A stretch of 64,000 nt of DNA from Antedon mediterranea (taxonomy: Eukaryota; Animalia; Echinodermata), in NCBI RefSeq assembly GCF_964355755.1, contig NC_092673.1, positions 34,159,648 through 34,223,647 of the forward strand. Reading direction: 5' to 3'. How positions within the stretch are numbered: the stretch's first letter is position 1; each line of letters begins with the position of its first letter. Position numbers and translations under genes: made by a program. This document shows positions 1 to 10,299 of the stretch, one piece after another. The notes beneath the pieces were generated by a model. It was given only the letters and a program-made list of their open reading frames with translations. It was not told the DNA's origin and searched no databases.

Positions 1-248
1 ACAGTAGATTCTAGAAAATTTATGTATAAAATTATAATGTTGCAACATTTTCTCATAAAATTACCAGAAAGCACAATACTCCAGATTTGTCTTGATTATG
101 GCAGTTGTCAGATTTTTTAAATAATAGTAATTTATAATATTTTAATAAATTTATGTTTTACAAATTAGCAAATTTATATTTATATTTAAAACAAAGATAG
201 TTTAGTAATTATATTTGTAATACTTTTCTTTTTTTACTTTGATTGTGA

Positions 249-485
249 AAATTAGTAATTTCAATTTCTAGGTTTATTTTTTTATGTAAATAATAATACT
301 ATTAACTATTTTAACATTTTTAATGTCATTTATGACTTGATTAATTTTGTATAGTATTTAAAATTAGCAATTTCAATTTCTAGGTTTATTTTTTTATGTA
401 AATAATAATACTATTAACTATTGTAACATTTTTAATGTCATTTATGACTTGATTAATTTTGTATAGTATTTAAAATTAGCAATTA
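249..485. repeat. Tandem duplication, 112-bp unit, about 2 copies plus a partial third
   Basis: aaattag(t/c)aatttcaatttctaggtttatt... starts at 249 and 361; a partial copy starts at 473. Confidence 0.85.
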
Positions 486-1690
486 AAATTTCCATTTTTA
501 TATAAAAAAAATGTATTAATAACATTTTTGATGTAATTTATAACTTGATTTTAAAATTAGATTAAAATTTCAGATTCCAGGTTCATTTAATCTAGTAGAA
601 GGTATTACATTGTTTAATTTCACTGCCTATATTTGGGTATATAAGTAGGGCATTTATAAGTAAACAAATATCCCCAAAACAAGTGTACAGTATTACATGT
701 CTTAAACATAAGGATCAGCACTTACTGTATGTGCTAGGCTTACATATTTGGGATATTTGCTTCTAAATTGGTTATGGTATTTCGCCAAGACGTCAAATGA
801 ACGTACAGATAATGCCAAGAATGGCTTGATGAAATATTTTTAATTCTTCGATATAAAACAAAACCAAATTATTTTCCGGTTGTAGTATTGCTTGTGGTTT
901 GTTAAATCCTTATTAATTAAATTAAATTAGACAAAGGAACGATCTCATGGGATATCCTTATTGTGGCATTTGGTAATCAAGGAATTTGACCTTTACAGAT
1001 CTAAATGAGAAATGGGAATACACAGTACAACCTGATCATCATTAGCCATATTGGCTATGAGTATGATACTATTGATAGGTTTCTGATTAGGGTATTGTTT
1101 TTGCTATGATTTTGAATGGTCCTCACAATAGTCAAGCATTATTAATGGTGCTCTAAATCTCATGGTGTGTTGAAAACATACACCACCAGGTTTTTCATTA
1201 AATTCAGGTCATTTATTGCGGTGCACTTTAGTATGCAATGCATAATGTTTTGAAATCCTATTACAGTATATGGAGTGAAATTATAATATGGACATAAATT
1301 TTTATATGATTATTTTGCCACATAGAGTATAACAAATTATTGTTTAGCTTCACCTCCCCTTTGGGATTTTGGAGTGCTCGCCCTTCCCCCCCCCCCTTTT
1401 TTTTTTTTATCAATTACTATTTTATGAAGAAAATCAGCTGATGATAAAGGAAAATTAAAATACCTTGATTACAAATGTTTAGCCATTACGTATAACCTTG
1501 TGAGGTAATTTTTCTGCATGATCGCAATCAAAAACGGTACTGGGTTTGATGATAATGTTATTCAATTAATAATTAATTAGTAATATAATTACTGATAATG
1601 TTTTACCGTATTTGAAAAACAGCTCTATATATACTGCAAGGTCGTTACATTTCGTTTATAATCATACTTTCTATTTTAATTATCTTACAG

Positions 1691-1855
1691 GGTCGAGTCC
1701 TTTGTTTAATACAGATGGTTTACTAGACGACGGTCAACACGATCAAGTAGTTCCATCCCTAATGTCGCCATCCCGCATGTCACCGCGTGATTACGGTGGA
1801 GAACGCTTCTCGCGAAAAGTGTTCGTAGGTGGACTACCACCCGACATAGACGAAG
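1691..1855 (+). CDS. CPEB2/3/4 (orb2): CPEB2/3/4 (Orb2)-like gene, internal exon leading into RRM1 (upstream exons lie outside the window or were not recognised)
   Basis: Acceptor tcttacag|G at 1690/1691 and donor GAAG|gtata at 1855/1856. Encodes GSSPLFNTDGLLDDG...ERFSRKVFVGGLPPDIDE, the RNP2 start of CPEB2-4 RRM1. Confidence 0.95.
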
Positions 1856-1949
1856 GTATACTTTCAAGTATTTAAATTATTTCAAACAAAATTCAGATAG
1901 TAGAATGTTCCCAGTGTCAAGAATTTAATTTTTGGTTTGTTCTTTGTAG

Positions 1950-2039
1950 AGGAAATTACCGCAAGTTTTCGTCGATTTGGACCTTTAGTTGTTGATTGGC
2001 CGCATAAAGCTGAAAGCAAGTCCTACTTTCCTCCAAAGG
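1950..2039 (+). CDS. CPEB2/3/4 (orb2): CPEB2/3/4-like exon, RRM1 (90 nt)
   Basis: tttgtag|AG ... AAGG|gtaag. Encodes EEITASFRRFGPLVVDWPHKAESKSYFPPKG, with phase continuous with the neighbouring exons. Confidence 0.97.
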
Positions 2040-2097
2040 GTAAGTGATTTGTACAAAATTAATAGAACTTCTCCTTTTTAACTTTCACTTACTAATA

Positions 2098-2233
2098 CAT
2101 GTGATGTTCCCATATAATATATTGTATTTGGACATGATGATGTCATATAAACCTACCATATTTGGACATCACTACCATATTTGGGTACATCACACTTTTT
2201 GTCAAACTAGTTTGATAGTGTAAACAGAGCTTT
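2098..2233. mobile_element. Fragment of a dispersed MITE-like repeat family
   Basis: ccatatttgggtacatcacactttttg...tttgatagtgtaaacagagcttta is the reverse-complement relative of 33308-33415 (aagcactgtcaacacaatcaaac...gtgtgatttgcccaaatatgg). Confidence 0.55.
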
Positions 2234-3600
2234 ACATCCTTAATGTTTTGATTTATTTATTTCTGTGGGTTGTTCAGCACTTGGAGCACCCAGCATTCTG
2301 TGCTACAGTATATTAATTAATGCGCTATATAAATTAAATATTATTTAGGTCATCCCTATCCAGGAGACACCCCTGTAAGGGGACACTTTCTTGTTTGGTC
2401 CTGAAGATTTCCACTTTATAAGCGTTCTAATGTATAACAAATGTATTAGTTGCTGTATTTCATACCATGCATAATTAGACTATAAAGAGATAATTTACTG
2501 TAAATACAATTTTGTACATGATCCTTGGAATCATTAAATAAAAATCATTTACGTAAAGTCTAGCAATAAATATTTAGAACGGATATTAATTATTACATAA
2601 GTTGAATACTATTATAATAACTATAGGAATAACAAGATGATCCCTGGGAAACCGTAAATTCTAAATAATACGTTAATAAATACTACATTCAATACACATA
2701 ATAAAATCAGCTGGACTACACTGAAAGAAATTAAATCATGAATATTCATGAACTGATAATTATTATTACATAAGCATAAATAATAAATTCTTCTAAAATG
2801 GTATAAATAGATTGTTATACAGTATTTATAACATAAATTTGTAAATGTTTAATATATCTGAACTATTTTTAGAAAATAAATAACTAACAATTGACTGTGC
2901 AGGTGTTCGTTTTATGTTAGTCGACATTGGATATATTTAATTAAAATTAAATTGCAATATTATTAATATCTAGGGAGGTAGTTTTTAAATAGAAAATCAG
3001 GTTGACAGATGGATTATTAATAATACAGTCGATTTTCCCAATACCAGACTCTCTGAAAATTGGAAACCACAGTTGGTTGAGGTACAAAAGGTTCCACATC
3101 TTGGGAAATTCTTATCCAGAGAACATATCCATTCAGAGGCGACCTCTGTTGGGGTGAACATTTAAAAGAATGAGGGATATTATATAGGATGTTTTGTTGC
3201 CAACCCCTATTAAATTGACAACTCTACAGAAACACTGTGTTGGATCTAAAGGTGTCCCCTGAATAGAAGTTCTGTTTTACGAGAATTTACTGTAGGCCCA
3301 AGAGTGTCCACTATTGGGAAAGTTGACATCCATGGTCAACAAACATCATGCAGAATAATATTAATATAACATATTCTTAATTATAACCATTATCAATTTT
3401 TTAGCAAATTGTATACAATAACATTGTATAATATTTCAGGTATTTGTCAAAAAGAAGACGAACAATGCCACAAATAGTCGGAAAGCCTAATTCGTAACAT
3501 TTTACAATGCAAAAGTAAAAAAATCGTAAGAAAATATATGAATTACAGTAGACAAATAAAAATTAACTGTGAACTATATGAACTATTGATTTTTTTGTAG

Positions 3601-3719
3601 GTTACGCATTCCTGTTGTTCCAAGATGAAAGGTCTGTTCAAGCCCTGATAGACGCTTGTATTAAAGAAGGCGACAAGCTATACCTATGCGTTTCAAGCCC
3701 TACCATTAAGGACAAACCA
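3601..3719 (+). CDS. CPEB2/3/4 (orb2): CPEB2/3/4-like exon, RRM1 C-terminal part (119 nt)
   Basis: ttttgtag|GT ... CCA|gtaag. Encodes GYAFLLFQDERSVQALIDACIKEGDKLYLCVSSPTIKDKP. Confidence 0.97.
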
Positions 3720-3733
3720 GTAAGAACATCTTA

Positions 3734-4109
3734 GAGTCTGTTTCTGCTGCATAGCGCTAAATAAAACGTTTATTTGAAAATGGATTTTAAATATATTTTT
3801 CATCGACTGCATTTCTGCTCAATCGTTAACAGTACCCAAAATGCAATGCTCACTGGCGGTCATTTAAAGCTTTACTGCAGTGTAGTTGATTCGATGTTAT
3901 TTTGCGTTGCAGCTATTAAGTTGCACAGCAATAACCGGGTTAAATGGCGTTCAAACAACAAATCGATTTGGTGTTTTTAACCCGTTATTTTTAGGCTGCC
4001 ATTTAACTGGTTCTTGAAAATTTGTCCTGTTTCTGCTCTCAAGAAATTAGGGTTAATATATTCACAGTTATTATTAACCAGTTATTTTGTTTGCAGCAGA
4101 AACAGCACC
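3734..4109. mobile_element. PIF/Harbinger-type MITE, 14 nt downstream of a CPEB exon
   Basis: Terminal inverted repeats (TIRs) gagtctgtttctgctgca / tgcagcagaaacagcacc, flanked by TTA on both sides (3731-3733 and 4110-4112). Confidence 0.7.
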
Positions 4110-4118
4110 TTATTCTCA

Positions 4119-5202
4119 GGCCCTGTTCAGACCCATGGCGTTAGACCGTTTTAGCGTACGACGCTAAAAGAATGTGTGTCTGAACAGTTGGGGATTAGCG
4201 TACAACGCGTCGTACAACGGTTGTAGCGTTGTAGTGGAAAACGGTTGATAGTACCGTTTTAGCGTACGACGCTACTGTAAGTCAACGTTGTATCCAATCA
4301 GAACGTTTCCTGTTATGACGCGAAACAAGGTTTGACCTAGGCTGACATCTTTAGTGTATCGTCAATGTGTGAGATGGATTTCAATAACAAAAAGGCCAGA
4401 ATAAATAAGGCCTAACTACACTACAAATACAACTGTTACAAAGGCTACAAACTACTATCAACTGATTACCATTATATTTTCTAACAAATGACATAAATAC
4501 ATGCACCTTGTATTTAAACATAGGGACTACGATCCCATCCGCTTTTAGGCCTAGCTAGGCCTAGAGCCATTCACGCATTTCATTCAAGCTAAAAACTAGC
4601 CTGGGACATCAAGTCACTCATTCATACAAGGCAGACTAGACTGGACAAGTTTAATGCTGAAAACCCCCTAACTCCTAAAAAAATCAGTAAACAAACAAGG
4701 GGAGCTGTGTCCCTTTTATTAGCAAGTTAAGGGTTATTTTCAACCGACTGGACCAAAGAATATATATCTTTGACTGGACTGGATAGACTAATCACAATCA
4801 TTTTTTTTCTTCATCATTACGAGGCCTGCTTTATTTTCGTAACACAAGAGCCTGGGGAAAATGTTTTTTACTACAAACAAAATAAAAACAATAGAAACAG
4901 AAATTTGGCTTTACTATATTTTTCTTAAATAAATGCTGAGGTATGTTTTATTTACGGCAAATTTTGTCATAATTGTAGGGCTGAGATCTAGGCCTATATA
5001 CAGTGGAAATAATGATGAAAACACGTGGGTAAGAGCACATGAATATGCAACTAGAAACAACCTGGATGACGTACTTCCGTTGTAACGATAATCGTACGCT
5101 ATGGGTCTGAACACCTCGTTTTTTTCTCTGCGGTTTGTAACGTGACCTTGATAGTAACGTTGTACGCTAAAACGGTCTAACGCCATGGGTCTGAACAGGG
5201 CC
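4119..5202. mobile_element. Non-autonomous PIF/Harbinger-type DNA transposon (~1.08 kb) in a CPEB intron
   Basis: Near-perfect ~40-bp TIR ggccctgttcagacccatggcgttagaccgttttagcgtac and its reverse complement ending at 5202. Flanks are tca/tta (TWA-like target-site duplication, 1 mismatch). Subterminal copies of TIR motifs are present and there is no transposase ORF. Confidence 0.88.
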
Positions 5203-5524
5203 TTAATCTATAGTTGTGTACACATGACTAGAATGAGATGAAGCTTAATTAAAATTAACATTTAACCTTGAGTGGTAGAGACAGGCGTTCAATTATATTT
5301 GTTATGTAATGTGTATAGATTTTTGTCTTTTCTTATTATTGGTTTGCGATTAGAACATAAGTTATTGAAAACATTAGTAATGCTCTACTTCCGCTGGGTT
5401 ATTTGTTTATCTTGCTGTTAAAGATGTATTGTTACCCAAAAACATGAAAAATGAAGATAAATTAAATCAGACTTTGAATATTAATAATATTATTCTAATT
5501 AATATTTATTCTATTGATATCTAG

Positions 5525-5639
5525 GTACAGATTCGTCCATGGAATTTGGGAGATAGTGACTTTGTTCTCGATGGCACACAGCCACTAGACCCTCGCAAGA
5601 CCATATTTGTCGGCGGTGTTCCGCGTCCACTCAGAGCAC
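5525..5639 (+). CDS. CPEB2/3/4 (orb2): CPEB2/3/4-like exon, RRM1-RRM2 linker and RRM2 start (115 nt)
   Basis: ctag|GTA ... GCAC|gtaag. Encodes VQIRPWNLGDSDFVLDGTQPLDPRKTIFVGGVPRPLRA. Confidence 0.97.
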
Positions 5640-7013
5640 GTAAGGAACAATTTTATTTGCTACCCTTTCTTTTAGAAACTCATTACTGTATTGTGATGGT
5701 ATACTTACAGTACATATCTGTAAATTCAAACAAACTATATTAAGTGGGTATTTCAGTTAGCATATGTTTCTTTATATCATGTCTTATGCAAGCATGTAAT
5801 AACATTTAACATACAAAGTATAAACAGCACATAACATTTTTAGCGGGGCATGCCATGCTTCAAATATGTACTTTATGATGAAGTCAGCAGTAACAGATAA
5901 AAATGTGCTACACTCTACATTTCTTTTAACAGGATCTCATCTTATCTCATGATATCACCGACTGTTAAATTTTGTTTGTCGATAAATGAATACACAAGAT
6001 TTTTTCCCCTAAGGCTACTTAACATTTTGCCATTGGAATTAGTGATTACATTGTGTAATGGTTAATGCAATAATACTATGGCAATATTACTCTCATCTTT
6101 GCATAATTGTATCTATACTATCACATTGGTGTCATTAGTTGACATTTGACTTTTAAAATCATGGAACATTTTGCATTAAAACATACATTATTATATTACT
6201 ACTAGACTACTAATACTACTACAGTAGCCATTTTCAGTCTGTACGTATGTCTGTTCACTGCCGGCCTACAGTAGTTGACCCTCTAGTTATAATGACTGTA
6301 TGTCTCAAATACTGTCTGCCATTTTCACTACTCTATTGAAACAAGCACACTATATTGCGCAATTGCTCGTCAATCATAATATCATCGTCGTGATTTTGAT
6401 TTGGTCAATACGCAGAAAATATTAACAATTATAAGAAAGAAATACAAGAAATTAACACTGATACTGTACATCATCATCATTATTCAGTCACAATCATAAT
6501 CATGATTGTCTGTGACCTCTGACCCACTAAGTTTGGATTCAGTTGGGATAGAAGGTGTCAATGCTGACAGACAATTCTGTCTAGGCCTAGTCCTACAATC
6601 ATGAACATATTTATGGCTTGAATGAATTAATATATTTTATCATTTTGAAATAAAATGCTGGTAGATTAGTACAGTGGATGGGAAGTATATTCCACAGAGA
6701 CTATAGTGTTTATAGCACTGATGCGAAGTCAATTTCCTTCTAATCATTATCCCACTTGTTACTATAATATAAGTCATTCCCTATTGAATATATTCATAGA
6801 TTGAGTGGGTTGAAACTAAAATTAGCTAGCATTTCTATTAGCCCAAACAACTTTATTCGCTAATCTCTTTTCTAAGTCATATACTATAGTAAAGTTTAAA
6901 GATTATGTCTTAAGACAATTTTTTATAAATAGGTTGGTAGTATAGTTGTTTGTGCTGATATCAAATCTGTTACTGATGCACATATAAACTGGTTTTTCTC
7001 ATTTACACATTAA

Positions 7014-7143
7014 AGCTTGGTTCCCACAATGCAGCGAGTTGACCAATTACAATTAACAGTTCGAATAATCCATCATTTGTGATTAGTCTAATTATATGCA
7101 CTGTGCTTACGTCCTTGTAAAATCTCCTAGTGTGAACCAAGCT
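7014..7143. mobile_element. Short Harbinger-type MITE
   Basis: TAA-agcttggttcccac ... gtgtgaaccaagct-TAA. A right-end relative (ttgaccaatcaca...ctagttggaaccaagctt) lies at ~16505-16576. Confidence 0.7.
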
Positions 7144-7220
7144 TAATGCTTCAACATTTACAATAATTATAATATTCAAATGTAATAAATCTGGGAAAAA
7201 CGCTGAACGTTTTACAATTA

Positions 7221-7299
7221 TTTAAGAAATTGATATCCGCGTCTGCTTTTGCGACCTTGTTAAGTTTGAAACAGCAGACGCGGATATCAATTTCTTAAA
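7221..7299. repeat. Perfect 27-bp inverted repeat with a 25-nt loop
   Basis: tttaagaaattgatatccgcgtctgct (7221-7247) pairs with agcagacgcggatatcaatttcttaaa (7273-7299). Confidence 0.9.
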
Positions 7300-7471
7300 G
7301 AATTATAATATTGAAGTAATATAATGTACTGGAGACTTTCCATAATGGTTCTAAAACCTATATTAAAATGACATTTTTCTTCATATGGGAACGATCCATA
7401 CAGTATACAGTAGTCTTTTGTAGAAATACAGGTTATTGTAAATATTAACAATTTACAACACTTTATTACAG

Positions 7472-7653
7472 TTGAGTTGGCTATGATAATGGACCGTTTG
7501 TATGGAGGCGTATGTTATGCTGGTATAGACACTGATCCAGAACTGAAGTACCCGAAAGGCGCAGGGAGAGTAGCCTTCGCAAACCAGCAGAGTTACATCG
7601 CGGCAATTAGCGCACGCTTTGTTCAACTACAACATGGCGACATTGATAAGAGG
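7472..7653 (+). CDS. CPEB2/3/4 (orb2): CPEB2/3/4-like exon, RRM2 (182 nt)
   Basis: ttacag|TT ... AGG|gtaag. Encodes LELAMIMDRLYGGVCYAGIDTDPELKYPKGAGRVAFANQQSYIAAISARFVQLQHGDIDKR. Confidence 0.97.
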
Positions 7654-9718
7654 GTAAGTTTATCATTTTTATGTTTCATGTGATTTTTTTCTAAAGGCAT
7701 GTTTCTACACCGAACATTTTTAATTTGTTACATTTTTAAAATTGTAATGTTAAATATTAATGTATTTAATGGATTTCCACTAACAATGTTGTCTCAATGC
7801 TTCTCCCCTACTGGTCACGTCATGTTGGTGCTGCCAACTATGGTTTCTCATGTTTTTGCGATTTAGCGTATTTCCAAGGACAAACTATGCTGAATACAAA
7901 ATGTAAACAATCTGAGTTAAAGATACAAATGCATTACCTTCAACAATGTTATTCATTCGGTTCAATTTCTGCTGGTGGCAGAAAAACATGTGATTTTTTT
8001 TTATAACTGATGATAAATTTTGCATTTTTGAGCCATATGTTTCTGTGCATTATTCAGTGATTTTGTAGTCATACTCGGTTTAAAAATATTTGTTACTATA
8101 AAATTTAAATTTGCTGCTGTAGTGTAAAGCATAGCAGTAAATATCTACATGTATTAGATTAGAAGATTTATGGGACTGTTTTTTTTAACGGGAAAACTTT
8201 GTTTTGAACCGTTTTTTAATGATGTTTTTTTTGGCAGCAGAAACAAGCCACAAAAAAAAAGATTTTTTTAAATTTTATATTGGTAATTTTTACCTGCAAT
8301 GCAATTGTAATTTGAGGTACTGTACAGTAGTACTGTATTCAATCCAAAACAAGTTTTAAAAACATTTATAAAAATTAAATTCTTCAATACTACAGTATTA
8401 CTGTAAATTACTACATAGCATTTAGCATCAGTATGCAACAACAGCATTGATCTACTATTTTGAAATGTTAATTTTATACTGTTATTAAATATGTACCACG
8501 TATTGTAATCTTTCCTCTGCTCAGACTACATGTTATTTATATTCTGTTATTAGTTAAATATAGCTGTTGGGTTTTGTACTGTTTATCAATACAGAACGCA
8601 TGCTAAATTAACATTATCAATACAATGCCATTGATTATTGGTTTCTGCTATTACCAGATGGTGTTATATTGGAGACTACTGTATGGACATCGTTCATAGC
8701 AATATCCTTTCTTGTGCTAGTATTAAATTACTTTGCACATCAAATACTAACTACACAACCGAGTAGAGTACAAACAATTGCACTTCAGTACAATTCCGTG
8801 TTTTAATTGTATTTTCTAGAAGTTGATCCCTGAAAAACAATATAGCTATTCATGCATATATTAATTACTTATTGCTATTAAAACTATACTGTACTGGTAA
8901 AAAAATGCCATTAAGATTTGATGTAGCACACACCCAAGTCCTTTCTATGTTTAATTAAGGCTATTCTTAATCGGTATTAAGAGTGTGTGATATATACCAA
9001 ATGTATTATAATATTATAATTAATGTTTTCCTTCACACAGCTGACTGAACGTTACCTATTGAATATTATAATCAGTTTCGTTGATTGTACAGTATCTGCT
9101 TTGTGGTTTTGGCATAATCAAAAAAGATAAAAAAGATTTGGTTTTATTGCTGGGTGTGACCCGTACTGTTGAGAGTTAATGAATGAATACCCAATGTAAG
9201 ATCGTTGTTATTTCAGGTCTCAGGATTAACATAATGTCCTTAGGACTGATAATGTCATATGAATAACAAAGAAAGTAATAATTTATTAATTATGAAAATG
9301 CTTTTATACAACATTAAAAGTTGTCATTCCCATCTTTGAAAAAAACACTTATCATTGGTACATCAAGTGTACAGTAGTATAATTTTACATATACAGTATG
9401 TTGAACATAAAACCGGGAAGATTTCTGCCATATTATAATTACACATGTGCATATTTTGTGTATAATTGCAATTCAGCTACCACTGTTCGTATTAAGCCAT
9501 ACAGTAATCGAGCCAAAGGCACATTAGCCGTAAATTTAAAGTGATATTTGGCGCATACATTTTGTAAATAGTACGCACACAAGACCAAGTTTATTACTGT
9601 AGTTGGGATTCATACCATGTACCGTATCTTAGAAATTATGTGACTGAAGAAGAAAATGTTGCCGGTTGCCAACGGGATCGAAAATAAATGATACGGACAC
9701 AGCTAAATATTTTTATAT

Positions 9719-9822
9719 GGCAAATTACTGAAAAAATGACTGGGTTTAAATAAGTAAAAAGTTAAATCAAAATGAAAAATTAGCAGAGCTTTTGTGCAAC
9801 ACTAGCCCTTTTTCATATATAT
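9719..9822 (-). mobile_element. Degenerate copy of the hammerhead-bearing Penelope-like repeat at 25089-25259
   Basis: Shares ggcaaattactgaaaaaatgac and ttagcagagcttt..g.gcaacactagccctt, and ends in (TA)n. The catalytic core is mutated. Confidence 0.7.
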
Positions 9823-10074
9823 ATTTTGTTATCTTTATTATTATTGGTCTATTTATTTTCCTTTTTGCCAATCCTTTTCCTTTTCTTGTGTTTGAATCAT
9901 TCTCGTTCTGTTGAGGGCTTTATGCATGTTGTGAGTTACCCTCATTAAACAAAGTAAAAATAAAATTTGCGCGATAAATAAGTGACAAATGTTTTGGTAT
10001 TTATACAAGAAAATGCATGTGCTACTTCTTGTATGTAACCTTAAATATGTTTGTTTTGTTATTATAAAATTCAG

Positions 10075-10299
10075 GTTGAAGTGAAGCCATACGTGCTGGA
10101 CGACCAGATGTGTGACGAATGCCAAGGGACACGTTGTGCCGGAAAGTTTGCACCGTTCTTCTGTGCTAATGTGACCTGTCTACAATATTACTGCGAGATA
10201 TGCTGGGCGACCATACATTCTCGGCCAGGCCGTGAGTTTCACAAACCACTTGTGAAGGAAGGTTCGGATCGTCCTCGCACCATGCCATTCCGTTGGTAG
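10075..10299 (+). CDS. CPEB2/3/4 (orb2): CPEB2/3/4-like last coding exon, ZZ-type zinc-binding domain and stop codon
   Basis: ttcag|GTT. Encodes VEVKPYVLDDQMCDECQGTRCAGKFAPFFCANVTCLQYYCEICWATIHSRPGREFHKPLVKEGSDRPRTMPFRW followed by TAG. Confidence 0.97.
   Translation, partial: VEVKPYVLDDQMCDECQGTRCAGKFAPFFCANVTCLQYYCEICWATIHSRPGREFHKPLVKEGSDRPRTMPFRW

Noticed and set aside
1-1690. Search for the 24-nt ARTYGRRR-type microexon known upstream of this exon in vertebrate CPEB2-4
   Set aside because: No AG/GT-bounded segment encoding a similar peptide was found by eye; it may be absent or outside the window.
3440-3525. Possible poison exon in a CPEB intron (ttcag|GT...ATC|gtaag with an in-frame TAG)
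   Set aside because: Weak polypyrimidine tract and no independent support; such motifs are common in AT-rich introns.
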